In this document: in pieces, positions 37,701 through 48,616 of the stretch
Layout of the letters: each line of letters opens with the position of its first letter
Numbering within the stretch: the first letter of the stretch is position 1
Origin: Tubiluchus corallicola
Taxonomy: Eukaryota; Animalia; Priapulida
Length of the DNA: 64,000 bases
Direction of reading: 5' to 3'
Assembly (NCBI GenBank): GCA_030141605.1
Contig: JAQGDQ010000302.1
Span: forward strand, 221,860 to 285,859
Notes under the pieces: model-generated
Told to the model about the DNA's origin: nothing
Database searches by the model: none
What the model saw: only the letters and a program-made list of their open reading frames with translations
Program-made: the position numbers and the translations under genes

Positions 37701-38707
37701 TCAATTCTATTGACTTTGCACGTATAGGACCTATACCATAATTATGCATAGAAATGGTTATGTACTACTTGAGTGTGTACAGCCTACTCAGGAGTATGTG
37801 CTTTGTTTAATAAGAGTTAATGAAAAAAAGAAAGAGCTAATAATACTCAACTAAAACAACAATGTACATGTATATATATATATATATACACTAATATATA
37901 CATACATTTTTGCAGGCTCCTGTAACAAAGAGACATATAAGTTATAACCTAAAACTTTCACTCCTTGGCTTTGACTCGAGATATAACACCATAAGTAAGT
38001 AAGTAAGTATCTTTATTTATCACCTTTTTTACAAGAAAAAGACAGAGCATGAAAGGATAATATGATAGTATGATACAAAGTGAAAAGTTTATTAAATAAA
38101 TAAATTATCTGAGTTAATGATATTCAAGTGATTGGTGAAAGGGTGGCGAAAAACTAAAAGTTACCAAAGGCAACCACCCAGTAAGTAATGTTGCTATTAG
38201 TGATATGCGCAATTATCTTGACGAAGATTTCAGAATAAGGTGTGATGAATGGGGCATAAAGTTTACATATGGAGCATACCAAGTTGCTTAAGTAAGTAAA
38301 GGAATGGTGAGTGTACTAAGATAAAACTATTGAGATTTAGGTTGAAATTTGAACATAAATATCAAGGACATAAAGACATAATAAATACATATAATGTTGA
38401 TATGCTAAGCAATGCACATACAGATGTGTAGATTTACGCAGAGATAATTGCCTTACCTCTTAACTTTCATTTACATGTTATTGTTAGTACTATACCATAC
38501 CATAATACTTACTAAAATCCATTAGGCTGGTGGACTTAAAAACTAGATACAGACTAAACTACATAGAACCGCACCTCGTACTATGATTACTACTATCTAC
38601 TGTACCTCAAACTGACAACCAAAAACTTTGGAGCTTGAAATAAGTACACAGAATCGACGAAATTTTTGTTTAATTTTGAACTTACCACACACGCACAACA
38701 ACGACAT
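1..38707 (-). CDS. unc-13: unc-13/Munc13 synaptic vesicle priming factor, 5' portion (10 exons joined; continues beyond window start)
   Basis: Exons 38686-38707, 33153-33191, 31127-31226, 19273-19390, 18707-18830, 15029-15099, 9653-9709, 5057-5102, 126-250 and 1-29 all have GT-AG boundaries and compatible phases. They give [134 protein letters not shown]..., recognisably the Munc13 C2A domain, followed by [17 protein letters not shown]. Confidence 0.95.
126..250 (-). CDS. unc-13: unc-13 exon ([42 protein letters not shown])
   Basis: tttcag|CTGGC...CGTCAG|gtatg, 125 nt; SEDSDYTSD motif typical of invertebrate UNC-13 long isoforms. Confidence 0.9.
1369..1414 (+). ncRNA. minimal type I hammerhead ribozyme motif (Penelope-type, U3-A8 variant)
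   Basis: TAGCA-TTGAAAA-T-GACA(ttatgc)TGTC-GAAA-C(GATC)G-TC-TGTGCTA, then AATAAA. Stem II is intact, loop 3 is palindromic, the cleavage triplet is GUC and stem I is imperfect. Confidence 0.55.
5057..5102 (-). CDS. unc-13: unc-13 exon ([16 protein letters not shown])
   Basis: ttttttcag|ATGAAC...CTCATT|gtaagt, 46 nt, phase 0/1; exactly the phase needed to join exon 126-250. Confidence 0.8.
6021..6678 (+). mobile_element. internally deleted hAT transposon with 8-bp TSD
   Basis: TSD CTCATTAC (6013-6020, 6679-6686); termini CAGCGGCGGAT...ATCCGCTACAG; internal remnant reads [43 protein letters not shown] (hAT dimerisation domain); internal ~16-bp tandem array at ~6385-6490. Confidence 0.9.
7340..8155 (+). 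mobile_element. 5'-truncated LINE (L2/CR1-like) 3' fragment
   Basis: Degenerate RT C-terminal reading [32 protein letters not shown]...[11 protein letters not shown]...; AT-rich 3' UTR ending in AATAATAAAC-type repeats. Confidence 0.8.
9653..9709 (-). CDS. unc-13: probable unc-13 57-nt cassette exon ([19 protein letters not shown])
   Basis: GC-rich island with tattgcacag| acceptor and CAG|gtaggg donor, open, phase 0/0. No recognisable homology. Confidence 0.6.
10500..10915. repeat. degenerate minisatellite, ~40-bp unit
   Basis: Recurring GACAATAAAATTATGATAAA...TTGTCTTACATCT units. Confidence 0.8.
11480..12000 (-). mobile_element. RTE-like LINE 3' fragment
   Basis: The reverse complement aligns by eye with the element at 51950-52218/53402-53662 (aaactcac.aaagtttttga.aa.aggaagat.tc.ttggaaacaaaa); (GAT)n tail. 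Confidence 0.75.
15029..15099 (-). CDS. unc-13: unc-13 exon 6 ([24 protein letters not shown])
   Basis: ttcttgtag|ATCTG...CAGGAG|gtaatg, 71 nt, phase 1/0; helical segment after C2A. Confidence 0.9.
15427..15648. repeat. nested inverted repeat around an (AT)n tract
   Basis: TACATTAACTCAGTTGCAAATAATATTATATAATTATATGTGCACGTCAAATTT...(AT)n...AAATTTGACGTGCACAT...TGCAACTGAGTTAATGTA, plus an inner partial palindrome. Confidence 0.9.
18707..18830 (-). CDS. unc-13: unc-13 exon 5 ([41 protein letters not shown])
   Basis: tttttcag|GAAGGG...CCATTAG|gtaaat, 124 nt; end of C2A (DxRFELP). Lies inside ORF-track entry 18675..19004. Confidence 0.96.
19273..19390 (-). CDS. unc-13: unc-13 exon 4 ([39 protein letters not shown])
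   Basis: ttcag|TGAAACC...AATGAG|gtgag, 118 nt; C2A motif WNKGxxWD. Confidence 0.96.
20500..21140. repeat. degenerate minisatellite, ~21-bp unit
   Basis: Recurring CCAGCTTTCATTCACTGTAC-like units; explains the low-complexity ORFs at 20478-21156. Confidence 0.8.
21925..21990 (-). mobile_element. tRNA-derived SINE head (same family as 22821)
   Basis: Minus strand GTAGCTAAATGGTAAGCACTTGCTCTCCACCGCAGAGGCATGTGTTCAATTTCTGGCTGAGTCGTA. Confidence 0.55.
22712..22782. repeat. near-perfect 35-bp-arm palindrome
   Basis: GCGGCTATGCTCACTTTTACTAACATGATTCACGA-C-TCGTGAATCGTCTTAGTAAAAGTGAGCATAGCCGT. Confidence 0.9.
22821..22920 (+). mobile_element. tRNA-derived SINE head
   Basis: TAGCTCAATGGTAG A-box and degenerate B-box ATTCAATTGCC; related copy on the minus strand at ~21925-21990. 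Does not fold as a complete tRNA. Confidence 0.6.
24730..24872 (+). mobile_element. short RTE-like LINE 3' end with (GAT)n tail
   Basis: GC-rich patch with decayed coding character ending in GGTGGTGATGATGATGATGATGAG. Confidence 0.4.
25147..25220. repeat. compound microsatellite (ATA)n(AGA)n
   Basis: Directly visible. Confidence 0.95.
26560..26790 (+). mobile_element. ancient LINE reverse transcriptase remnant
   Basis: Reads [14 protein letters not shown]...LITKL, resembling the RT motif xxxFxDxSKAFD...LxxKL; heavily decayed. Confidence 0.45.
29337..29622. repeat. inverted duplication (~80-bp arms) flanking (CT)n/(AT)n
   Basis: CCAACTATGGACATAGTTAAACATTGCTGCATTAACATCTCAGTTGGCA vs TGCCAACTGAGATGTTAATACAGCAATGTTTAACTATGTCCATAGTTGG. 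Confidence 0.9.
31127..31226 (-). CDS. unc-13: unc-13 exon 3 ([34 protein letters not shown])
   Basis: gcag|ATCG...ATGTT|gtaagt, 100 nt; diagnostic C2A motif VTLKxQNVKSTT...SWEQDFMF. Confidence 0.96.
31941..32311. mobile_element. hAT-type MITE with 8-bp TSD
   Basis: TSD ACCACATT (31933-31940, 32312-32319); termini CAGGGGTGTAT...ATACGCCCCTG. Confidence 0.88.
32805..33020 (-). mobile_element. decayed SINE with 5S-like (and tRNA A-box-like) head and (ATG)n tail
   Basis: Minus strand GACGCAGTGGTAGG...CCGAAGTTAAGATGGTACTGAGGCCGATCAGTGAGTGGATGGGTAAAC resembles the 5S A/C boxes (GGAAGCTAAGCAGG...TGGATGGGAGAC). Confidence 0.5.
33153..33191 (-). CDS. unc-13: unc-13 exon 2 ([14 protein letters not shown])
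   Basis: ttttttccag|TGAAAAAGGCT...GAAGAAG|gtgag, 39 nt, phase 1/1. Confidence 0.9.
33340..34022 (+). mobile_element. 5'-truncated CR1/L2-like LINE 3' end
   Basis: [17 protein letters not shown]...[12 protein letters not shown]...[17 protein letters not shown]...LRGHNSKL...[13 protein letters not shown] (ORF 33493..33960); CAAGCAAGTA tail repeats. Confidence 0.88.
38686..38707 (-). CDS. unc-13: unc-13 coding exon 1 (MSLLCVC/V)
   Basis: ATGTCGTTGTTGTGCGTGTGTG|gtaag, 22 nt; matches the Munc13 N-terminus MSLLCV. Confidence 0.92.
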
Positions 38708-38845
38708 ATTTTTTCTCCCTAGTTATCCCACTGAAAATACCATCTCCTTCTCTTTCACTTTACCCATGCCTACGAAATAACGTTGAACATGAGAAAACTG
38801 TCACTGGAATGCACTGTTCGTCTTTCCAAAAACCTCCTTGTATAT

Positions 38846-39174
38846 CCGCCATTTTTTCGATTAGTTGATGACGTCACACGTGTGTACTGTGTAGAGAAAA
38901 CGTGGGATCAATAAGCGACTGATTCAGATGTGGAAGCGCAGCTTCTAAAGTAGAGGTAGCACACGCGCATTCACGGGCAGAAAGTACTCAATGAAGCCAC
39001 TACAGAGGACGCAGCACTACACAAATAATGAGGGTAACTGTGAAAGCATGTGGAAACTAATATTGCATGGGGGGCTGCGAAGGGCTCAACCAATCAGCAA
39101 GAAATGTGCTAAGAGTTTTCGTTCATTTTTTAAGATGACTTTGAACTCGGCCATTATATTATAAGTCACGTGAC
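38846..39174 (-). promoter_or_regulatory. probable unc-13 promoter region
   Basis: Locally CpG-richer stretch 140-470 bp upstream of the ATG. Contains a YY1-type AAAATGGCGG (38846-38855, minus), a full CRE TGACGTCA (38869-38876), CCAATCAG (~39090) and a palindromic E-box GTCACGTGAC (39165-39174). Confidence 0.55.
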
Positions 39175-42100
39175 TCACGAAATGTCCTAAAAACCCACGG
39201 GAAATCGGAGTACTTCTGCCGTGCAGAGAATGTAACATCCGCTACGCTAACTGCGCAGCAGACGACAGCTGCTCGGAATACAGGACTTGTAGAAAATGCC
39301 CTCCTTTTACGTTCCGAGTAGCACTTCTACTATTGGTCATTGATTATTAAATTTAACAAAAAACTTTACCTTTGCGAGGGGAGAAATGGGCGTCCCCCCT
39401 CTGATATCCAGGTAAGCGCTTGTTTCGAACAAAACAGACGACCTGTAAACAACAAACGCAGGCAGGCGAAAACAGTGCATCAATTTCAATTCACTTTACT
39501 ACTACTAGTAGTCTTTTATTTGCACAAATACATACAATGTACATTGGCAAAGCAATACAGATAGTACAACCAGAACAGGATGCCAAGTTCATCATCAGCT
39601 AGATATAAATAATTACTAAATTGTGACACTAGTGAATGTGTGATTTTGTTTAACTGTGAATTTTTTAGTAACTTTGATATTGTATGCCAATTGTTTAAAT
39701 TGTTTGTTAACGTTCTGACGTACATCACATACAGTTGTGCCAAAGTTTGGTATCTCTTGAGCAGACTTGATTTCATTTCTTGACAAAAAGTGTAAAAACA
39801 TTAATGCTTTATATTAATGTTAACTGAGCTATTTACTGATAATCAATGCCTAGATTCTGAAATCTGTGAACTTGCATTAACTTTGAGGCTTTGAATTTGT
39901 ACCGTTTATAACACAATTTGGAGTAATCGGTCACTTAGCTTTTGTTCGGAATTACGGGCGCTCGTAAATTCTTCATTTTAAAAGAGAAAAGACGTTTAGC
40001 TACGGAATTTTTTAACTTAACAATAGTTTTACATGTATATTGTCGCTTTGAGCTAACCATATTTTTGACCATGTGACTGGATTATGGCAGCCGTTTGCTG
40101 CTACGCTTTTGTTTATATAATTAAATATTATAAACTTGAACTGGAGTCTTCAGGTTTATATAATACAACAACAAATAGCAGTGGTGCACTTCGGTCGTAA
40201 CAAAAGTGCTTGGCTAAAACAGGTTGCAGACTCCTGTTTTAGAACATCTGCAGACTCCAGGCACAATGTAAATGATATTATATTTATCCAAATTTAGCAT
40301 AACAATAATGCACTTTAACAAAGTTCGCCAACTTCTACAGATACTCCCGAGTGAAGCTGTAGCGCGCTTGTCAAAACGGACTTTCCAGTTGTTAATACCA
40401 GCACACCTACTTCACTAATAGTAATGTTGGCATATAGTAGGTATAAATTGTTTTTTTTAGTTTTATAATCCAGCACTCACAGAATGAAAAATGCAAAGGT
40501 CATTATCCATTTTTTCATAGGCATTATTGCAGTGACCTATTTGGGTTATTTATTATTTAATAACAACTCACTAATTACATATTCAAAGCTTTATACAGTC
40601 TTGCAGAATAATCACAGTAATAAATGATTAGTTAATGAGACTATATTACGGTCAAAAGCCTCGAAACGCTGGTTGTACCTTTCATGATAACAACAATACC
40701 ATACCAATGATTACACTGCACTCGAACAAAAATTTGCTAAATATAATTTCGTTTACATAAAGTACTTACATCAAAAGTACACGTAACGTGTGTCAACACT
40801 GACTACATAATATATAAATTTGCTAATCCAAATGGGAACATGTTGTTAACATACAAATGTTAACACACATGATTATTGTTGCTTTCTGTATCTCAGACCA
40901 TGAGAAAATATATATGACAATTAATTCTATATACATCATAAAAAGTATGACACGCTTATTTTCTTTTATTTGAACTCTGGAGCATTTTCATACATATTAT
41001 GTATCGATAGAATTGAATACACGTTTTCAAGCACTACTGTTAATTACATAAACACTGCAATTTAATTTTATCATGACGAATGCATTAACAGTAACTATCT
41101 GCTAGTATAAAAGTTAAATAAAACTCATAATGGACACATTAGGCACAATCATGTCTATGTATGGACGTTCATCTAGAGGGTGGTGAGCATATCAGTCTCT
41201 CATCCCTACATTCTAAGGTGCTGGCAATGTGCTGCCTCCTATTAGGAAAAAAATCTAGCAATAACGCTAAAGAGTAAATTGCACTATGCACAAAATCAAT
41301 TACGCGCATACAAAATTAGGAAAAAAAATACAAAATTAAAAATTCACGCTGTTATTATTATTAATGGAGTTAATAAAGGTATTATTAATGGACAAAAACT
41401 AGAAGTTACATCACTCTAATACTAATAAATGGCATAAATGATCATATTATATGTAGCAATCTTATCAAGACAAACACCACATTAATGTCGTACTGACCAA
41501 ACATTTTAATCATTTACTTGTTCGAGTTCTCTTTTGTTCTTATTTTTTCAGAATCAGACATGATTTCTGATGACAGATTTATTGGCACTATGCTTCAAGT
41601 TATAAATCTCGATCTTTTGATCTTGTAATTTGTGCAAAAAGCCAACAACAACAATAATGTACAGAACGGCAATAATATTACACATAGTGCACAGTGTTCT
41701 AGTTAAACTCAAACAAACTAGCAGAATGAGTTAATAAGTCTACTTGTAGTAGAAACAAGCATCCTATTCACACTGAAGCAGACCACACAGCCTGTCAGTC
41801 AGTCTTTACATTGCAAGGCTGTAAATTCAATTTATCTATGTCAATATGCTTCTAACGTTATTCAAAAGTTGCTTAAGCCAGAGAGGGACAGTACAAACCT
41901 GGAACCAGCAAGATGTGAGCAGGATGATTCAAAAGCAAATTTAAAAGATTATGTTTGTCACTGTTAACTACAACATATGCACTTACAACATATATTAATG
42001 ACAATGTAGCAACAGCAGCAGAACAAAATAATTTTAAGACCATAAGTTGTCAGTGTAGGTGCACCACCATAGTCAAGGTGCACCACATTGGTCATTGGTC

Positions 42101-42773
42101 AGTTCCAACAAATCCAAAATTGGATAGCTGACACTTCTGCCCTCACGTGAGCACAAGACTACCATGGAAATATTGTTCATGTTGTTGCACAGAAGTGAAT
42201 AAACTCAAAACAGCAAATCAAAATACTGATTTACGTAGCTTGCAGGACCTGCTGCTATAATTACAGTAAACATTATCAAGTCAACATTTTTAAAATGCAC
42301 ACAAACTGTAAGTGCAGTTTTCAAAGAAATGTCACATGAACGGTTCAATGCAAAATGCAACCGATAGTGGCATAGGTGGACCATTTTAAGATGGTTCATT
42401 GAGAATCTTTACAAATCTAACGTAATACTGGTAAATCTAACTTAGACCTGCTACACAAATGAAACACATGCCTGGTACCACTGACAATGTGACAATGACC
42501 CAGGAAAATGTGAAAAATTTATTCTAGTGGTGGAATAAAAGTTGCTTTTTCATACTTTTTTGTTTACAGTAATGTGCAGAATTACACTGAAATGCAGACG
42601 GTACATTTACTGTTGGCATGATCGGCAATATTAGAATCACTGATACAGTGCTCATTAGAACTGGCACAATTAATAAAAACGGTAGTTCTTAGATCTCTTT
42701 ATTGTTGAAGTTTTTATTAGGTTATCACAGTTAATAGAAATCACAGTTTGCAGATCACAATTAATATCACATA

Positions 42774-42983
42774 TCATTCAGTGACTCCCTGTTGTGCCAG
42801 TTCGGCAAGTACACTGTCCAGGTACTGTGGATCTGGGTATCCATGGCCAAAATGGTTGGAAGACGGATCACTTTTGTGGTGGATCTCGTTCCATGTTACA
42901 GTGTTTTCCTGCCCCGTCGTTACGGACGTGGATATTGTGAAGATTAATCGCCTCTCCCAGGCAACTTTAAGCAGTCTCAACAC
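42774..42983 (-). CDS. dtx: deltex terminal exon, DTC domain C-terminus (frame intact)
   Basis: tatag|GTGTTGAGA...ACTGAATGA; [69 protein letters not shown]; AATAAA on the minus strand at 42698-42703. Confidence 0.9.
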   Translation of the reverse strand: MLRLLKVAWERRLIFTISTSVTTGQENTVTWNEIHHKSDPSSNHFGHGYPDPQYLDSVLAELAQQGVTE

Positions 42984-43468
42984 CTATAACATGGCAGATG
43001 GTTCTTATAACCAGGTATTTGACTTTCAAAACACAATGTTAAAATGTAATAGCAATGCTTCAAAATAGACTGATGATGACTTTAATTATAGGAGAAACCA
43101 CAAGGCTTCTCTTGTGTTACTCCAATATTTGCGATGGCTTTGTCATCAACGTGCAAACAAAAAATGAATTGCGTGCAACCAATATTTCAAATACGGCAGA
43201 CAGCTGCACTAGTACAATTGTAAAAACATAACTAAATAGTATTAGTAATTCAAAATTTGGTTGGCCAGTCAGTCAATAGGTCAGTGAGATGGCATCTTAA
43301 TTGACATTCTGAACACTTTAGCACAAAAATTTACGAGGTTGGTGTATGCAAAAAAAAAACAAGTTATCGTAAATCAAGCTCTGAGTAGGCAAACTGTACA
43401 TTAATTTTCAACTACCTTGCAATGATTTTATAGCACACTCATGCAATTGGTACAAAGTACAGTGTCTA

Positions 43469-43825
43469 CTACAACATCTATTTTTTAATAGCAAAGTGCT
43501 CAGAAACAAAGTACGTACTAAAATAGCAAAAAGGATATTGCCCCCGACAGTTCTTAAAGAGGTACAACATTTAGGAAAAGGTTCTCCATTAAAGGAGCTT
43601 ATATCAAAATCTAGCACAAACTTACACAAGGGTTGCCCAGTATAAATGCAACAATGTTATTAGCCTACAAAAGGGCATGCACAAATGCAGTTTTTCTAAG
43701 CAGTTTTGAATTTTCAAACAAAAAATGCTTCACTATGCTTGTTTTATTTCTTGCTATCCAGTTTTGCTATTATAGTAAGCACTTTGTTTCTGAGCACTTT
43801 TGCTATTAAAAAATAGATACTGTAG
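43469..43825. mobile_element. MITE with ~60-bp imperfect TIRs and TA flanks (Tc1/mariner-type)
   Basis: TA|CTACAACATCTATTTTTTAATAGCAAAGTGCTCAGAAACAAAGT ... ACTTTGTTTCTGAGCACTTTTGCTATTAAAAAATAGATACTGTAG|TA. Confidence 0.7.
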
Positions 43826-44702
43826 TATCAATTGCTTGACAACTACCACTACTAATGTCACTGCTAGCTAAAATTCCAAGCAATAGTACCTTAGCAATAG
43901 CTGCAGAAAAGAGCACAAGTAACTGGTACTAAGGCCTAGGGATGTTTGCATGTGGCCCACAGACTAATTGTATAACGATTAGAGATGCAGAGATAACCTC
44001 TTTTGGCATGTAACAATGCACACATACAATAGGCCCAGCATGCCATGTAATCTTTACATAAACTCAAATATCATAAAGAATTTTCGGTTTGCTAGAAATG
44101 ACGGGAACAGTGACACCACGAGACTTATTTAATGAACTACAAATGTGCACTAAACTTGCAGGGTCAGATAGGTCATGTGGCCAAAATTCGTACCGGTGGC
44201 AATAGATGGCATATCTACAATGTGTTCTGAATGAGTGAATTTAGACTGCCTTCTTAAAATAAATTGAATAGAATACATCTATCTCTGCTATATATAAACA
44301 TAGTAAAACAAGTTTTAGCTGACTATGTGCTAGTTACTGCTAGATACAACACAACAACTGACAGCTGGAGACCAAAATTAGCTGAAATAGCTGAAAATCT
44401 AAATATGTAGCAGCTTATAGCTGATGGTCAGAGCAGCTGATGCAACTGATAGCTAAAAAGTGGCAGCTGTTAAATTGCTGTTTCCTACTCACTATTAAGC
44501 CTGAAAAGACTGTATCGAATAAAACTGATTATATTACATGAATGTAGATATTAACATAGTTGTCACAAAAAATTAGTATAACAATAAAATTTTGGTAGCC
44601 AGCTTTTGGAGCTTACCATCATTCTGCTTCTTTTTACCCTGTTGCGGAATTCTGATGATGAAAAAAAGATTAATAAGCACACAAGAAAACACGGAAACAA
44701 AC

Positions 44703-44792
44703 CTTTTTGCCCTTTTCATTATTTGGAAGGTAGCAAGTTCTTGGAAAACCAGTAGTCCAGTATCTTTGGTCAGGGTTAGGATGCTCTGCAGT
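44703..44792 (-). CDS. dtx: deltex DTC exon (TAEHPNPDQRYWTTGFPRTCYLPNNEKGKK)
   Basis: 90 nt, phase 0/0, GT-AG; conserved EHPNP and FPRxCYLPNNEKG motifs. Confidence 0.88.
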
Positions 44793-46349
44793 CTAAAACA
44801 AGAATAAAAATAAAAAAATGAAACCACAAAGAAAAACATAAAAATTATGTTTTGTGTCAGGTAAATGACCATGTGCAATGTCTTAAAAACTGAAATTCAT
44901 CTAGAAAAAAGCATTTTACGTACCAATTTTTAAGATAGTTGTTAGTAAGTTATATAAAATGGTTATGTATAATTGAGTTATAACTTATCAGAAGCATCTA
45001 AAGCACCTCCAAAAGGAGGGTATTGTGACTGCTGCAACTTTCACAACTGAAAATAGTGTGCTAGAAAATAAAATAGCTTCATGCATTGTGCATTAGTACC
45101 TGATGTTTCTAGAATGTATTGTAGGACTACAGGACCACATTTGAATGGGCACAATATAATAACTGACCTGTATACCGGGCTTAAAATTGTACTTGTACAA
45201 TCAGGATAGCCAGGCAGCACCATACTGATTTCACGTGACGACATCGTCCCACGCGGTTGGATGCCACGTTTTTCACCATAGGTGGTCATGCAGCTTGGAC
45301 ATTGCAAAAAATGAGCCTAGGATATAATAAACATAATGTAGCAACTATGTACAGTACAAATAAGAATTGAGGTTATATGACGCATCAGCAGCAAGCATGC
45401 ACCAATGAGGATATACAAAGCATGTGCAGTGAGCTCCACACGCAAACTTATGTGCTACCATTTAGGTTCAGTTTCCTACAGAATACAACAGAATGCACAG
45501 AAAGGACCACCGAACAATTTTTGCTAAAAGGAATGCCAAGCATAATAACGACAAAAACAGCACCAGCAGCCAATACTGCACATAATAAAGAAATAAAGCT
45601 ATTTGAAATGTAAGTTTGCAATTATGGAAAATCTGACTGTAGAGATGAGGGAAACATCATACCTACATATCCAGTCTAGCACCAAAAACGTAAAGTACTA
45701 AAATCAATTTAATGTGTTATACTTATCCACCTATTGCCATACGTCACCTATAGTCTCTATAATCTTCTAAAACATATACAAGACCACATACAGGAGTGCT
45801 GCAAATCATAATATGTTTGTGGGAGATGCATCCAATACATACTGCTTCTTTTTTATAAGAAAAAGCCCACATTCAGCACTCAGTAGCATTGCCTACATAT
45901 TATGTTGGTGCTTGTCACAGGACCAAAATCCAATCTAATCTTCTTCTGATACGGGACAAAGAACGGGCAGAGATGTCTTAACTACACGCAAATCTGTTGT
46001 GCAACTTTCCACAAAGAAAGAAATAATCAGAAGAAGTTGGCCTATGGTAGGTGAAACCTCACTGAAATGAATTTTATACTGGTCATTCACATATTTACTA
46101 AGATTGACCAGCAATGTTTAACTTTGGTTATTAAACATGCACGCAGTCACGCACCGTGGCGACCAGCTTTTCCACTGATTAATGAAAGTCTAAAATCAAC
46201 GAAAATGCACGTGGTAATCACTCTGTATCTATCAAATGAAATTAATCACTTTACCTTCCTGGACAGTGTTCAGACCAAGAACAAAAAAACTTATTCAGCA
46301 AAACTTTTCTGCCACACGAGACATACAACAATTTGCTCAATTTGCGTAC

Positions 46350-46484
46350 CTTAGCTGAACTGTTATACAGTTGGTGCAAACATGCTTGGTGAAACATGTG
46401 TTTGCATGTCTGCAACTGGCGAATAGCACTGCTTCCTTCATAGTGCGACTCTGAAGTCAACTCAGTGTAACATATTGTGCAAGA
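46350..46484 (-). CDS. dtx: deltex RING-H2 exon
   Basis: 135 nt, phase 0/0: SCTICYTELTSESHYEGSSAIRQLQTCKHMFHQACLHQLYNSSAK. Confidence 0.88.
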
Positions 46485-47264
46485 CTGTATAGGAAAAGGA
46501 ATCATCATTAACATATAATTACACATGAGCTAACAATGGAAAATAAGTTCACAATAGACATTTCAATACTCGTAATTTCTCATTTGGATAATGAATTTAA
46601 AAATATCATGTTCACTTGAAGAACTGAAATGAAATGAAAAACTGCACAATATTTTATGTCAGTAAAGTGTAAATGAATAAATGAATAATATAGATTCTTA
46701 TTTTCAATGCTTGCTGCAAGCAACACTTAAAAAAGGTCAAGCAAGATTATATACCAATTAATAAAATCAGAAATGGAATGGAACACAGCTCCACTCATTA
46801 TTCTGGCAAACTCTAGCAATGGCTTCATTTTTAATGTGTTAAACACATAGTTGTCCATACACATATCGAAACATACAACACGTTTAAATATCCGAAATCC
46901 TAAAACAGAAAAAAGCCAATCACACTGACATGTTTGATGTGATTACACACGTACATGCACAGAAAGCTTTAGTTGTAACTGGCACTAACTTACCTCATCT
47001 TGCGGAGCTGTTTTTAGAAGGTATGTGTAATTGTGTACATGTGTATGATGTCATCAAAGACCGAGCCTGCAAAAACAGAGTGCACAAGATGCGAATACTA
47101 TATATTGTGAAAGTAAGTTTTGAACCGATCTAACTGAACCAAGTTTTGATTAGATTAGCGAGTTTAGAAATGTTGTGTTTCAAATTTTGTGAATTGTATC
47201 AATTTGCTTGAAGTTGCAGCATAAAATAAGCACACTTTACACAAAAATTGCTTAACTATTACAT

Positions 47265-47560
47265 AGACTGCTTAAGTTTCATCAAGACTTGCTTAGATTT
47301 CAAGAAAGCTGTTTTTAGATATTAATAAAACTGTCTGAGTCTCATTAGCCTGCTCAAGTTTCATTAAGACTAATTCACTTTTCTCCACGATTATTTAAGC
47401 TTTCTATAGATTATTGAATTTATAATAATTTATATAATTTATTGATATAAACACTTTCTATATAATTTATTTATTACTATAATACTTGCCTAAGCTTCAC
47501 TAAGACCTGCTAGAGTGTCATTAAAAATTTAAGACTGCTCAAGTTTCATTAAGATTACTA
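47265..47560. repeat. degenerate minisatellite, ~21-bp unit
   Basis: Recurring AAGACTGCTTAAGTTTCATT-like units. Confidence 0.7.
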
Positions 47561-48205
47561 AATTTTTATTAATGAGTTATAATGGACAAAAAACATTTAA
47601 CACTTCAATTCCATGTATTTGTCATTTATCAGCTTGCCCTGTCTATACTAATTAAACCAAGTAAAATAAATAAAATTTGCAAGTGAAATGGATGCAGTTT
47701 GAAAGTGAAGTCATCCATGTTGTTATAAAACCATTTTACTATTTATAAATCAACGACTAAAATGTGTTTTTTTCCGCAAACCTCTAAATGATGCTGCATG
47801 AAATTATTCACTGAAAAACCCAACTAAACTGTTGTTCCTCGATGTTTTAGCCTATGGAACTCTGTTGATACCCAAGCCCAATTTGATATCAACCCACTCT
47901 AGCATACAAGTTATAAGTAAATAAATAACATACTTTCTCTTCCCGACAGTTGAATAGGCTAGCACAGCTGGGATTAGAGGGCTCGAGCTTAGAAATTTGG
48001 CATTTTGATTTTGTAGAAAAACCACATGCACACACTACAGACCAAAAAATTATGACAAAAAGAGTTACAACAACATTGCAGTTGCACTGTTTGTAGTAAA
48101 ACCCTGATGTCTGTGTGACAAGTATGTTTATATCAGCATAAACAACACAATTAAGTTGATATCACATATCATGTAAATCCTAACTGAGCTAGCCACACTG
48201 CACAA

Positions 48206-48616
48206 TAGGGGTGAGCATCGAACGCTCGAATTCGATTCGAACGAGTTTTTTTTAGTTCGAACTCGATTCGAATCCAAAACTATAGATTCGAATAATTCAG
48301 CACTTAAATCACATATGCTCTTTATCACTAAAATGATTAAAACATCATGAAATTAGGACAATTTCGCTGTGATTTCTGCTCACAATTTTAAAGAAATTAC
48401 TAGTCGTTTTATTGCAGAACAAAATCTAGCGATATGCATGATCTTTGTAAGACAAATGTTTGCTGGTGGTTCGAAAACTTGTTCGAAAATCTTTCGATCT
48501 CAATTCGAATTCGAAACACTGAAGTTCGGTTCGATTCGAATTCGAAAGTCACAAATTCGGTTCGATTCGGTAGAGAATGGTAGAGAATGCTTTCTGGTAG
48601 AGAATGCTCACCCCTA
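48206..48616. mobile_element. hAT-type MITE with TTCGA-rich subterminal repeats, 8-bp TSD
   Basis: TIR TAGGGGTGAGCAT...ATGCTCACCCCTA; TSD CTGCACAA (48198-48205, 48617-48624). Confidence 0.92.

Noticed and set aside
40632-40675. TTAATGA-GAC...GTC-AAAA-GC...GCT, hammerhead-like
   Set aside because: Several non-compensated changes in invariant core positions and no stem I.
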